A stretch of DNA of 64,000 nucleotides from Octopus vulgaris. Its lineage: Eukaryota. The stretch spans positions 46,624,001-46,688,000 of the forward strand of contig OX597816.1 in assembly GCA_951406725.2 (NCBI GenBank). Reading direction: 5' to 3'. This document shows positions 36,391-49,900 of this stretch, piece after piece; position 1 is the stretch's first letter, and the number at the start of each line of letters is the position of its first letter. The translations under genes and the position numbers were made by a program. The notes under the pieces were generated by a model. That model did no database searches and had not been told where the DNA came from. It saw only the letters and a list, made by a program, of their open reading frames with translations.

Positions 36391-38659
36391 TCAATAAAAT
36401 ATGTACCAGACATCTACCAAAGCCAGTTTGATTGACTACACTCCTTTCAGATCAATGGCATTTTATCAATGCTGTAAGAGAAATCATCATCATCATTATT
36501 ATTACAGTATTGTCATTTAGTTAGATGTGGTGGTTAACGCCTTTCACTTGCAATACCTTCATATAACATTTGGAAAAACATTGCACCTAATGAACTCTGA
36601 CTGTAATTATAGAAAAATTTGATGGTGTGTAATACTGAGATATTAAGGCCAGGAATGTTGAACAGGCAAATCAATCGAAGTCTTCAGAAATGTAGCAGGG
36701 CTAATAATTTTTACAAAAGGTTCAAGACCTGAAATTTCAAAGCTGGGGGCTAGTTGATTGTCAACCCTGCCGGGGATCCACTGCTTCTTATATTATACTA
36801 ACTGCAAAAGGATGAAAGGCAAAGTTGATCTTGACAGAATTTGAACTCAGAGCATACAGCCAGAAGAAAATGCCAATAATAATTACAATGATTTCAAATT
36901 TGACAGCAAGATGATTTTCTTGGGTTCAGTCCCACTGCACAGCACCTTGGGCAGGTGTTTTCTATTGTTGCCCAGATCAACCCAAGCCTTGAGTGGATTT
37001 GTTAGATGGAAGCTAAAAGAAGACCATCATGTGTGTTTGTGTGTTTACTCTTTGTTGACATCCCATAATGGTTGTAAATAAACATCACCATCCGGCAAGC
37101 AGAGCTGTTTGTTTTCAGCCTTTCATGGGAAACATGTCTGGCCATGAGGAAATATTACCTTGCTTGGAAACGGATATGAGTTGGTGACAGGAAGAGCATC
37201 CAGCCATAGAAAAATCTGTCTCAACAAATTCCATTTGACCTTTGCAAGCATGGAAAAGTGAGCATTAAATTATGATATGATGAGCTTCCACACAGTTTTT
37301 TCTTACCAAATTCAGAAGACATTAGTCAGTTTGGGATTATAGTAGAAGGCTGCAAAGCAAACTTTTTAACCATACAGTCATTCCAGCATAATTTCTTAAC
37401 ATTTTGATGTATACTGAAAATAGGGATTTCTTTTGCATGTTTTTGTTTAGCCTCAGGTCATCCCTGATACAGCTAATCTGTGGTCAAAATTATTCAAACT
37501 ATGACCATTGTATCTTTTTCATATATAGTATATTTAGGGCCCCTATAGCAACTGAATGAGATTTACTTACTATTTCTGGCAGGTTGCACTAAAGAGTAAA
37601 ACAGGACCTTCTGACTTTCATGCCAAAGTCATTAGTGGCATGTGTCAAATGAAATTATCTCATCTAAGACCTGAAACTGTATCCTAGTAATTTAGACATT
37701 ACATAATAATGGAAGCATGTTTTTTAGGGTTTCACTTTAAAATAGGTCATATATAAATTAAGTACCTTTGCTTCCCACCCACTTTATAAACATCTATCAA
37801 AGAGCTATTATTATTATTATACTTTGGATAAACTCAAAAATGATTCATACCCACCTTATATTTCTTCACCTTCTCATCTGTATCTATGCTGAGCTCACTT
37901 TCTGCCACACCCTACTGCTGACATTGTACTGAACAAGAGGTTCACCTGTTTTTTTTTTACTAAACCAACTCTTTTGTTGTTGGTCTCCCACACACACACA
38001 CACACTTTTGTCAACACTCTACTGCTACCATAACCATCAACCCATTTCTACTGTTATTTTTCTCAGTGTAAACCAAATACAAAGATCAGGGCAATGAATG
38101 ACAGTTTCAATAGTGTTAGAATTTTAATGTTAGTGTTTGTTTTCCCTCCATCCTGTTAGACAGGCATGAGGAGTGAAGTTGTATTAAGAGTTGAGAAAAA
38201 GCAAGAATTAGTCTTCTCTGGAACATTAGTGACAGAAATGAAATTTCTTCCATACTGGGAAAATGAAACTATGTCACATATTTTACCACTCAGAAAGTCC
38301 CTCGAAACACAGTTTGCTTATGACTGGTTCAGATAATTGATATGGCATATCTCCTTCAAGTGGAGTGAAACTATATTGTCTAAATAAGCAGGTGCTGATT
38401 TTCAGATCTTCAACAAGACACTGAACTATATAGGGACTTTTACATGGTGAACAGAAATGAGTACCTGGTTTTAATACAATCTAACGACTTGTCTGACAAT
38501 TGGTTTTTTTTTTTTATTGTTGAAAAACAGTCTTCTTTCCACTCTATCTGGAAGTGATTTGCTTTTCTTTTTTTCTTTTTTGTACTCTGTGACCTCTGTA
38601 CTCTCAATTTTCCTTTGTAAATTTGCTTAACTCGATTACATATTACCTGTTTTAAATAG

Positions 38660-38665
38660 ACTAAG
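38660..38665 (+). CDS. Candidate 6-nt microexon (ACTAAG, Thr-Lys)
   Basis: tAG|ACTAAG|GTAAGC. ~100-nt AG-free pyrimidine-rich upstream zone, CTTAAC branch-like site, TGC motif. In frame with the phase-0 end of exon 32437-32561. Confidence 0.45.
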
Positions 38666-39224
38666 GTAAGCTCTTAATTAACTTTTAATTTACACATTTA
38701 GGCTCGCCCCCATCCATACATCCTGAATTTTCTTTTTATCTTTTAATTCCTCTTTTTCTTTTTTTTTTTGATTATGAGGGATTATTAATTATTCTTGCCT
38801 TATGTCATATTCTTTATTGATGTCATAATCCTCCCCACAGATGACTCGATTATATTTTAGGTAATCTTAATATATCCTTTCTTTTGTTTGAGTATTTATT
38901 CATTCATTTGTTTTATGTGTTCCTCCATGCTAGATGCCCTTGTCTCTAACCCATACCTGTCCCTCAAATAAAGGATTTTTTTTTTCCAAATCTTTTATTT
39001 AATGAGAGATTCAAAAGAAAGCACAGACCTAGAGGAAGGACAACTTGTTGCAAGGAAAATCACTACGTCACCATCTTTTATTCAACATTTTCCCATGAGA
39101 ATGAAGAATGTAAACATTAATGCACACATATTTATGTATACATTATATATGTGACATACAGTTTCTGTCTCTTAATTCAACTCGCAAGACATTGGTCAAA
39201 CAAAGACTGCAGTAAAAACCACAT

Positions 39225-39560
39225 AGGTGCAGGCATGGGTTTCCAACCACATGGCTCTGGGTTCAGTCCCACTGCATGGTACCTTGGGCAAATGTCTTCT
39301 ACCGTAGCCTTGGGCTGACCCAAAGCCTTGTGAGTAGATTTGGTAAGATGGAAACTGAGTGAAGCCCATTGTATGTATCTATCTGTGTGTGTGTGTGTTT
39401 GTCTCCTCACTACACTACTTGACGACCAGTGTTGGTCTGTTTATGTCCCTGTAAATTAGCAGTTCAGCAAAAAAGACCAACAGAGTAAGTACCAGACTTT
39501 TTTTTTAAAAAGTGCTGCTGTCAATTTGTTTGACTAAAAGTTCTTCAAGACATTGCCCCA
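39225..39560 (+). mobile_element. SINE family A, diverged
   Basis: Family A head and body. Confidence 0.8.
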
Positions 39561-39679
39561 CGACTATCACAACTATCTTGGACAGTGTTACTTATATTTT
39601 AGTGATTATCAAAAATTAGAAATTTATATTACTTAAAAAACGCAGCTATCATGGAATAAAGCCATAACTTATGTACTCT

Positions 39680-40288
39680 GCTTTAAACCATTATAATATA
39701 AACTGGACATATCCAGCCTAAATATTCTGTCTGTTTTATTTTCAAACCAGCCAGATCCTGTCTTTCACACCTACCCTATAATCCAAAAATATGCAATCAC
39801 CCAATTGTAATGTCAAGGCTACAAAATAATGCATGATTAATTTAAAACAGAGTGAATAAATAAGCATTTCATTTGACAAAGTTATATGAATGCTAAAGGG
39901 TTATGCATGATAGAACTGCTTAACTATAGTTTTATCTCTACCTTGTTATTCTTTGGTTACTTCTATTTTTCTGTGTCAACATGCAATTGTGTACATTTAT
40001 TTAGTGATTCATTCACTGTTATTTTGGAAAATGCAAAGTTATGCTTCACTGGAGAGGTCAAAATTTAACATTTAAGCTTTTAAACCAGCCATATCTATCC
40101 CAATTATTCTATTTATTTTATATTCAAATTGGCCAGATCTAGCTTCTTACACCTACCTTACAATGTCGTCCTAAAAGTAAACGATCACATCATTGAAACC
40201 TTGAAGCTACAAGATAATGCATGATTAATTCAAAAATGAATAAATAACTATTGCATATGACAGAATAATCTAAACAGTAATGGGTTAA
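39680..40288. mobile_element. Two degenerate TTAA MITE copies (39680-39903, 40065-40288)
   Basis: Bodies match 51120-51330; ends ATGCTAAAGGGTTA and AATGGGTTAA. Confidence 0.7.
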
Positions 40289-40854
40289 CTGAAACCTGTT
40301 TGGAGTTATCTCCCATACTTGTGAGAAGGGTGAAAAAATTAGTCACTGACTAATGTATTGTTTCTAGTTACTATTCTTATGTTCCATGCTTTGATATTGT
40401 GAACATTAACTTAACTATTGTTATACATGCATATGGTACCATTGAATTATTTATTCTATATGTATATCGATCTATTTCGTGCCTACCTGAATTCAGACAG
40501 TTTTATGACAAAACACTCTTGTACTATTTATTATATTGTTTGCTATTATTTGAGAGGTCTTTATACAGAAAATATTCCCATCCTTGACTGTTTTTGGTAA
40601 TTGTTTTTTTCTGTGAATTATATAAATGCAGTTTTTCATAATGTAATTGACTGTACTGGGATTTCTAACTTTGGCACAAATCCACTGAGGTCCCAAATTT
40701 GTACAAGGGGAGGGGCATATAGCCCTGTAAATCAATTTTATGACATGATGGGTGTGTGATTTATGATTCCTCTCCCTTCTTTGTTGTTACATAAGCACCA
40801 AATTTAACTCTAACAGGACTTGAGCATACAATTTAAAGCATTGTAACTTAATAG

Positions 40855-41242
40855 GTACAAGCATGGTTGTGTCGTTAAGAAGCTCATTTTGCAAGCATGT
40901 GGTTTCACATTCAGATCCACTCTATGGCACCTTGAGCAGGTGTCTTCTACTGTATCCCCAGGCTGACCAATACCTTCTGAGTGAATGTGATAGATAGAAA
41001 CTGTGAGAAAACCTTTGTGTGTGTATGTGTGTCCCCCGTCCATAACCACTTAACAACAAGTGCTGATTTGTTTACATCTCTGTAACTTAGCAGTTTGGCA
41101 TAAGAAACCGATAGAATAAATGCCAGACTTCAAAAAAATAAATAAATAATAAATAAAATACTGAGATCAATTTGTTTGACTAAACTCTTCAGACCCCTGC
41201 ATGGCTGCAGTCCAGTGACTGAAACAAATTAAAAGATAAAAG
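40855..41242 (+). mobile_element. SINE family A, diverged
   Basis: Family A head, internal (TG)n and tail. Confidence 0.8.
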
Positions 41243-41870
41243 AAGTTTAATACTGCTTGGCCAATTCCATCATCTTACTACAATTGATTAGTAATCGCAA
41301 GTAATAAGAACTGACAGAGGTATTTTGTGTTTGTTTGATTGTGATAACAGCATTGTCATCCTAACACTTTCATATCATGGTATCATAATATAGTGTTGTG
41401 AGATATATAATGACCATTTCACTACACTGTGATGTATGCATTTGCGTCTTATTAATTCAGTGAATTCAGCAAATGGTGTTTTGTTTTGTATTCTCAAACA
41501 AAACGAAACTTTCTTTTGTGTTTAGAATCAATGAGAAAATTATACATGCACAGTCAATATTGCATTTATCAAAATTATCAAATGGATGAAAGGTTGATTC
41601 AAAATGATTTTAAGAGGAATCCATAGATAAATCCAGTGAAAGTTCAGATCCTTACAGCCATTTCAAGAACATGTGGAACGAAATAGGTGAACCATTTTCC
41701 ATCCATTTCTATTATCCACATTTCTTTCTTCAGAGATGTCTTAAGAGAATTTCAAAGATTTAGAAAAAGTTTTTTTAAATATGTTAAAAAAAATTTTAAT
41801 TTTAAAAATTTGAAGTTTGGAGCAAAAGTACAAGCTATTCACATATATATATATATACATATATATATAT

Positions 41871-42070
41871 ACAAACATGAAAACACAAAGAGAAAACACA
41901 ACAACACGAGGACGTGGAACAAATATAGTATTATTGGACGCTCAGGAAGGAAGGGAAGAAGGAGGGTTTAATGTTTCGAGCGGAGCTCTTCGTCAGAAAC
42001 ATAGGAAAAGGAAAGATCCAGAGAAGAGAAGATGGAGGGAAAAAAATCGCCAACAGTACACACGTGGTCG
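41871..42070 (-). mobile_element. Short Penelope-like/retrozyme-like insert between microsatellites
   Basis: 200-bp CpG-containing block bounded by (TA)n and (CA)n(TA)n, carrying an HHR-like motif. Confidence 0.6.
41966..42000 (-). ncRNA. Minimal type I hammerhead-like motif
   Basis: GTTT-CTGACGA-A-GAGC-TCC-GCTC-GAAAC-ATT-AAAC. Stem I is GTTT/AAAC and stem II is GAGC/GCTC. Stem III is reduced (GAAACATT, probably from GAAACGTT). Confidence 0.65.
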
Positions 42071-43373
42071 CACACACACATATATATATATATATCATTA
42101 GGGTACCAAGATGTGTGTTTTGCATAGCTAATATACAAGCTCCTATCCTTATGAATTTAAACTTGCTGTAAAATGAGAAAACGAGATCTGTGAAATAGGC
42201 AGCTTAGTGTGAAAATGAAATCAACCACTTTCATTGCTATTTAAGCATTCAGGATACCACTGATTAAATCCATAGACAACATTAAAATGTAAACAATTTA
42301 TTCTTAAATTCATTTACATAATGCTACAAAGTTTATGTTCAGACAATAATTACTAACACAAATAGCACCGCAGCTCACTTTGGCCAAGTTCTTGTGGATT
42401 GCATTTATACAGAAAATCTGAGTACACCAGTAGATAACCATAACTTTATAGATTCAATAGAAATGTTACTTTATTATATCGATTAAAAAACAACGAATTT
42501 ATGAACTAAATATTGACAGATGGTTCCAATGAACATGACTTGAACAAAACTTATTGAAAGCTGATCCATTCTGTATGTGGGAGTTTTTTCAAAATCTAGG
42601 GCAGTTGATCAGTTTGTGCTCTCATTGTGAAAAATTAGGTCTCTTTCTAGGCCACATAAAAATGATTAAAATACCTAAGCTGCTCTTTCAAAGCACTATC
42701 TATGAACAAATGATATAGGTAAATTTCATTTGATCACAAATCACATTAATTTTCCAAAATAATTAGTCAATTTCACTATGCATGCACATATGTGTGTATG
42801 TTCGTTTTATCTAGCAAGGATGTGCTAAAGTGATTAATGCAAAAAATAATGATAAATAAATAAAGAATATGTGGTGTCCCATAATATTTTGTGTTACCAC
42901 TAAAGGACCATGTGATGATACTAGGAGAGATACACTGGAATGATTTCCTATTGCCCTAGTTAAATATGCAACCAGTATAAGCTTTAAAAAAACACCTGTA
43001 GATGCTTATAGTAATAACGTGCATTGACTTACTGTGCTTGTTTATAATTGAAGGTACCACGTTGTTTGTATGTGGTTTCAGTCAGTCAGATAGAATGCTA
43101 ATGACCATTTTACAAATATGCCAACTTCATTTACATTGTATTAGCTTGACTTCTTCAAATGTTGGGCAAATATTCAAATTTGCATATCCCACTCCCACCT
43201 TATTTTGATACATAAAGGAGATCTTCACCAGTCAAATATTCTTTATAGTCTAAATCCACTCTCTCTAGTCATTTGAGGTTGATTGTGCTGATTCAGAAAT
43301 ACATTCCATTTTCATCATATTCTCCTAATTCTGTGTCCCTTCCTGAAGCAAATATTATCTTTTATGTTTATAA

Positions 43374-43820
43374 GGTGTAGGAGTGGCTGTGTGGTAAGTA
43401 GCTTGCTTACGAACCACATAGTGCCGGGTTCAGTCCCAATGTGTGACACCTTGGGCAAGTCTCTTCTACTGTAGCCTCAGGCCGACCAAAGCCTTGTGAG
43501 TGGATTTGGTTGAGGAAACAGAAAGAAGCCTATCTTATATATGTATATATGTGTGTGTGTGTGTGTGTGTGTATGTGTGTGTGTGTGTGTGTGTGTCGTG
43601 TGTGTGTGTGTTTGTATGTCTGTATGTCTGTGTTTGTCTCCCAACATCACTTGACAACTGATGCTGGTGTGTTTACATCCCCCGTAACTTAGCGGTTCAG
43701 CAAAAGAGACCGATAGAATAAGTACTAGGCTTACAAAGAATAAGTCCTGGGGTCGATTTGCTCGACTAAAGGCACTACTCCAGCATGGCCACAGTCACAT
43801 GACTGAAACAAGTAAAAGAG
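43374..43820 (+). mobile_element. SINE family A, full-length
   Basis: A-box-like TGGCTGTGTGG, B-box-like GGTTCAGTCCC, internal (TG)n, tail GACTGAAACAAGTAAAAGAG. Confidence 0.92.
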
Positions 43821-44688
43821 TATAAAATAGTAATTAACTCAGTTTAATTAATTTTCTTAATCACAGGCTCCCTCATAGGGTCATAAAGTACTATTTACAC
43901 TACATGTGTAAAAAAGGAAAAAACCAGAATACCCTAATATCTATATATTTAAAAAAAGCATGTTTAAACAAGTGATTAACTATGTAGTTTGATTAACCTT
44001 GAGGATCACATGGTCTCTTCCATTTTGTATGTCAAGTATGTTCAATATAAGTAAAGAATTGAAGTTTTACTGGTTTACTTTATTTTTTCCTAATTCCTCG
44101 TACTCTATCATGGCCTTAGCTGTAGTGGCTTGACCAAACTAAAGAAACACCTATTGTTATGCTGCAATAAACTTGTGATATAACATTCATTACATAACAG
44201 AAAAAGTTCAGATCTCTAAATGGTTCAGTCAATAGTCTACTTTAATATCTCAAAGTTTGTGAATTCCTGTTTACTACTTTTGACTACTTGGTATCCTGCA
44301 GCCTATGAATTCATATTTGCCACTTGCTTTTCTTGTTTCATTGTGTCTCTGGACAAAACACTTCCATTGTATACATCATTTTCAGGCTGACTAATGCTTT
44401 GTAAATTTGATTGATGGAAAATGAACAAAGCTCATTGTATGTGTGTACATGTGTCCGTGTGAATGGAAAAGCCCAGTTACAAGCCGTGAAGTTTGTTACT
44501 GTTTCCTATCAACAAATTGTCTGCTAGCTCTGTGCTTTCAAAGACATGTGGAATAAAAAATCTCTCTTGCTTGAAAACTTGATATATTTAGCCACTGGAA
44601 AAGAATCCAACTGTAAAACAATACCTAAATAATTTGTAGTTGTCTAAACCACACTAGCGTGAAAAAAACCCCAATTTACTTTAAACAT

Positions 44689-45282
44689 AGGCGTGGCTGC
44701 ATGCTAAGAAGTTTGTTCCCAACCACATGGTCCTGGGTTCAGTCCCACTGTGTGGCACCTTGGGCAAGAGTCTTCTAGTATAGCCTCAAGCTGACCAAAG
44801 CTTTGTGAATGGTTTTGGTAGAAGGAAACTAAAAGAAGCCCATTATATATATAGATATATACACTGCCGTATATATTTAGTACCACCTGATTGGTCCTCA
44901 TGCTGGTGGCACATAAAAAGCATCCACTACACTCTCGGGGTGGTTGGCATTAGGAAGGGCATCCAGCAGTAGAAACATTTTCTGATCAGATTGGAGCTTG
45001 GTGCCCTCACTCAAACCGTCTAACCCATGCCAGCTTGGAAAGCAGATGTTAAACAATGATGATGTTATATGTATGTATATGTTTGTGTGTCTGTCCCCCC
45101 AAATCACTTGATAGCCAATGTTGGTGTGTGTACATCCCTGTAACTTAGTGGTTCAGCAAAAGGGACCAATAGAAAAAGTACTAGGCTTACAAAGAATAAA
45201 TCCTGGGGTCGGTTCATTCAATTAAAGGTGGTACTCCAGCATGGCCCCAGTCAAATGATTGAAACCAGTAAAAAAATAAGAG
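44689..45282 (+). mobile_element. SINE family A with nested family C element (~44880-45064)
   Basis: The family C body and (GAT)n tail sit in the internal microsatellite of a family A copy. Confidence 0.8.
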
Positions 45283-45379
45283 AATCTCCATTTAGTGGTA
45301 ATAGGCACCTTCTCTGGAAGGAGATTGTATTAAAATCTAAGCTCTCATTTTATAAAACACAATCACATTGTGGAAATTT

Positions 45380-45421
<42 letters not shown>

Positions 45422-45423
<2 letters not shown>

Positions 45424-45546
45424 CGTAGGAGTGGCTATGTGTGATAAGTAGCTTGCTTACGAACTACATGGTTCCAGGTTCAGTCCCACTGCGTGGCAAA
45501 GCCTTGTGAGTGGATTTGGTAGACGGAAACTGAAAGAAGCCCGTCG

Positions 45547-45604
<58 letters not shown>

Positions 45605-45811
45605 TATGTGTTTGTGTGTCTGTGCTTGTCCCCCTAGCATTGCTTGGCAACCGATGCTGGTGTGTTTATGTCCCCGTTACTTAGCGGTTCGGCAAAAGAG
45701 ACCGATAGAATAAGTAGTGGGCTTACAAAAGAATAAGTCCCGGTTTGAGTTGCTCGACTGAAGGCGGTGCTTCAGCATGGCCACAGTCACATGGCTGAAG
45801 CAAGTAAAAAA
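45422..45811 (+). mobile_element. SINE family A, young, with internal deletion
   Basis: GGCGTAGGAGTGGCT head. It lacks the CACCTTGGGCAAG..GACC segment. Flanked by (TA)n. Confidence 0.9.
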
Positions 45812-46915
45812 GTCTATATATATATATATATATAGCCGAGGGATTAAAATTAATCAAAGGACATGCTAGGTATGTCAACCTGCTTGAAATAACAGTCAAA
45901 ACTCTTATAAGTTTTATACTTTATTTGGATGACTGTGACTTCAAAGTTTCGCTGCCAGCAGCACATTTAACAGACCTAATGATCCACTGTCAACAACACT
46001 TCAAAATCAGACACTCTACATTTCATTCTATTAAAATGTTTAAACTCTATAGTATAGAGTTTAAACAGTATAGAGTCTATACTGAGTTCTTTATCAGTTA
46101 TCGTTACCTATTGTTTTTGAAGATTTCTTAAAAACACTAACATCAGGTAAATTTTGTACTTTTTTTTTAATATTAGGATATTATTCGTTTAAACCTTGAA
46201 AATTTATAATCATTCTCAGGTTTCTTTCTTTAGAAGTCGTATTTTGTCCCCCCCCATTTTTTTTTATCTTTTTAGTTTTACTTCTACTCTAGCATTTAGA
46301 TTATTTTATTTGTGCTTAATGGATTTCCTTCAAGTATAGAAAATTTTGTTTTTCATTTCTTTACATATGTGATATGGAGGAAACACAGAGAGAGAGAGGG
46401 TGTGTCTGTGTGTGTGTGTGTGTGTTTCTGTTCTATCTTTTTTTATACATGTTTTGATATTCAACTATTTTCATCATCAGTAAACCTGAATCGAAATCCT
46501 GCTTTCTTGGCTTACATGTGCATGCGCAGTCTTCATTTATTGATCCACATTCCTTCTATGACAAATTGTTGCTGTAAAGCTACTATGGTAGTAGTAGTGG
46601 TGTGGGAGTGAGAAGGTTGCAGAAGGCTTCTTATTTCCAAGATCAATACTATTGAATGATTATCATAGAAAAAGCAATCAAAATAAACCAAGCAACTTTT
46701 CTATAGGATTCGGTATAGTGGGTGGGGGAAGCATTTTTTTTTTGTTTTGTTTTACCTTTAATACTTAATTTCCTTGTTTTCTTTGCTGCTAGAATATGAA
46801 AGCTGTATACTCTATACAACTGTTTTGCTATAAATATATCTATTTTATTGACCTCCACCACCACACCAGCCATCTGACTAACTCCCCACAGAATTTAATC
46901 TTTTCTCTCTCCCCC

Positions 46916-46947
<32 letters not shown>

Positions 46948-49900
46948 TACACATTTTAATTTCGGTGTAATTTCCTTTGACTCTAGTATTTATAAAATCA
47001 ACATTGTCATCAGGTAATGAGTATTAGTAAGAGAGAGATAACCTCCGTGGATTCTTACCTAAGTATCTACCTACCTATCCTCATTTCTAACATGCTAGAG
47101 GTTGTCATTTATTAAAAATAACTCTAACTATATTACAGAATGGCCTACAGTCATTTCGTCGAATTTTTTTTTTTTTTTTGTGGCTTTGTCTCTCGTGGTG
47201 CACATTCCTCTTCAGTATGATGCTGTTGATTGTGGTATGCAACTTCACTATCCAATCAAATTTGCTATTTGTTAATGTGTTGGAGAGATGTGTAGTAGTA
47301 CATGCTGAAGCAGAGTGTTGCAAGCAGCTCGGTGGTGTTGGATAGGGAGTAGCAGCTCCTTCGATTTTTCTGTTGATTTCCACCCCCTTTTGCCTGCTAC
47401 CATGTGTGCATGCCTAGTTTATTTCCCTCCATTTTTACACTGGTATAGATGATACATGCTGTAAAAATTTTTGTGGGTGGGATTGGCGATGTATTGTTGT
47501 AGATAATCTTTTAATCTGTAGCCATGGATAAAATATATATCTATCTCTACTATACATACCCATTGCTTTAACAATGTCCCATATTAACTGGATTACAGTT
47601 TTCTATCTGAATTCTTGAATTCCTGGTCTTTTTTTTTTATATCATTATAATCATATTCATCAAATAATTTTGAAACACGGTAAGATCATAAATCATTTCT
47701 CTCTGTCTGTCTGTCTCTCTCTCTCCTTCAAGTATGTGAATCAATTAATTAAGTATAGACTTTCTTTGTCTCTGGTACAAATTTGTGTTTAACTCTTTGT
47801 TGTGAAATTGCATCATGTCATATCAAATGGTTTGTGTGTTGTTTTGTTGTGGGGGTGCAGAGAAGTTGTGGGATTGGTTGGGTGGTCAAATATAGAGAAT
47901 GTTACATGGATATTGTCACACAGGTTGCTGGGCGAATATATATATATAACGAACAGGTCTTTGTTATGGGTCAGGTGTAAACAAGCACTTTAAAATTTAG
48001 GTGAACCGAAAGTTAATAGCCATGGCAGGAGGAAGTAGCAATAAGCAACGCCTGATGTTGTGTTAGTACCATTAAGCAGCAGTTGCAATAGCAGCAGTTG
48101 TATATTGTTGACTGTTGACACACAGTGTGACACTTTAAATATGCCTCGTTTCCTAATGGCTAGCAAAGAAAGAAAGGGGAAAGTGTAGAGTAAGGGAATG
48201 ACATTGAATGCCAATATTTCTCTTGTGTTTAACTTCTATTATGAAACTGGACCTTTCCGTCAAAATGCTAATGGAAAGTAAATCTGATTTCTCAACCCCT
48301 TTCTATTTATTTCTTTTTTTTTTTTACCTTCACCACCACAATCAACATCAAATAGTTACCATGCTTTTCTTCATTTTCATTCTGTCCAAAACATTATTGT
48401 CTCCCATTATTAGCAGCCACCACCTTTACTATTTGTATTTGAGTGTATATATATTCAACAATAAAATTTCAAACTAGTTGACAACTTAAGTATTTATTTT
48501 CTTTCCACCTACTCTTTTTAAATTTAGTTTCCGTGTACATTAAATTGTATTTATTCATTGTTTCATTTTTCCTTTTTTAAGACAATTTATATAAAATACA
48601 GTGTTGAGTATCCTCTATCTTATTATTCTTAACGTTTTTCATGACCCTCAAAGCATAAGACTGCACCCCTGAGGTTTCTGTATTTAAACAACTTGTTCCA
48701 ATTAAAACTTAGAAGTTTGAGGCCTTTGGTTTATTGAAATAAGTTTGTATATTAAAGCAAGGCATAAATACTTCAAAGATTCAATATCCCGCAAAAGGTT
48801 AAATCTTATTTATTCATTTATAGAGCAAATAATTAGTTGCATAAAGAAACCTTTTATACACACTTGAGTAAATTCACTATAAAAGACTTGTTACCTATTA
48901 TGCAATGCTTAATTATATAACCTGCTTAATATTTTGTGAAATATATAATACAATATTTTGTGAAATATATAATACAAAATTTTTTGGAGCTAATTTTAAC
49001 GTGATAGGTGTTTTTCTTATATCCCATATTCAATGCTTGAACAGATCACCTTGTTTAACATTGCTGGTTATTCATAAATTTTAATACAGGGGTCAGTTTG
49101 AAATGGCTTAGTAATCTTACTTAAAATACCAGCCAAGATTTATAGGCTGTTTTAGAAATCTGAAAGTTTATTATTACACACATTTTGTCTCTATCAGTAG
49201 TTTTCAACTAAGTAGACTAATTTTGAAAAAAATTAGTTGTTCAAATTTTATAGTTAATAATCTTTAGATCCAGTTTTAAAAACAATCACAAACATTGCAT
49301 TCTTGAATGTGTGTCTGGTTAAAGAATAGTTATAAATCTTCCATTTTAACGTAAGTAAATAAGGAAACATTTGTCCGTTATAAAATGCCCTGACTGCTTA
49401 CATCTATGATTTATGTTACCTCTGGTGTGTATTTATTGCTAGATAACCTATTCTGTTCTGAGTTAAGTTTCATTGCCAGAGACATGACTCAGTACCAATG
49501 AAAGGCATGCAAACTTTTGAGTTTTTATCTACTTCTCTAACATTCCACTGACCTGAACCATCCAAAGCTCTTACTGCCTAATATACTTGGGGAAGACTAA
49601 ATAAATATCTGTATGATTACACTTAGTTACCAGCAGATTGTTTGGGAATTAATATTTGAAAAGTATATATCTTTAAAAGCAGATTATTTATCTTTATATA
49701 AAATCATCATATGTGTGCAAATTTTCTTTCCACTAATGCTACAACTAATACTTTGTCTCCAAGTAAAATTTAAAACCAGACTTTATAAAATACTCACCCA
49801 GGTAAATTGAACCAAGGGAGCCTCTATGCAGTCACTAGACATACCCAAATAGCAGCTAAATTTCCCTTCAAATCACACCTTTTTGTCTTAAAAAGGAAGG

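Noticed and set aside
43374-43450. tRNA-like A/B boxes as tRNA genes
   Set aside because: They are SINE heads with no cloverleaf and continue into repeat bodies.
48022-48195. Kozak-like GCCATGG and ATGCCTCGT frames near a GTAAGG donor, as an alternative first coding exon
   Set aside because: Both frames hit TAG before the donor (MAGGSSNKQRLMLC*, MPRFLMASKERKGKV*).
48928-48975. 24-bp exact tandem duplication
   Set aside because: Ordinary slippage duplication with no other signal.
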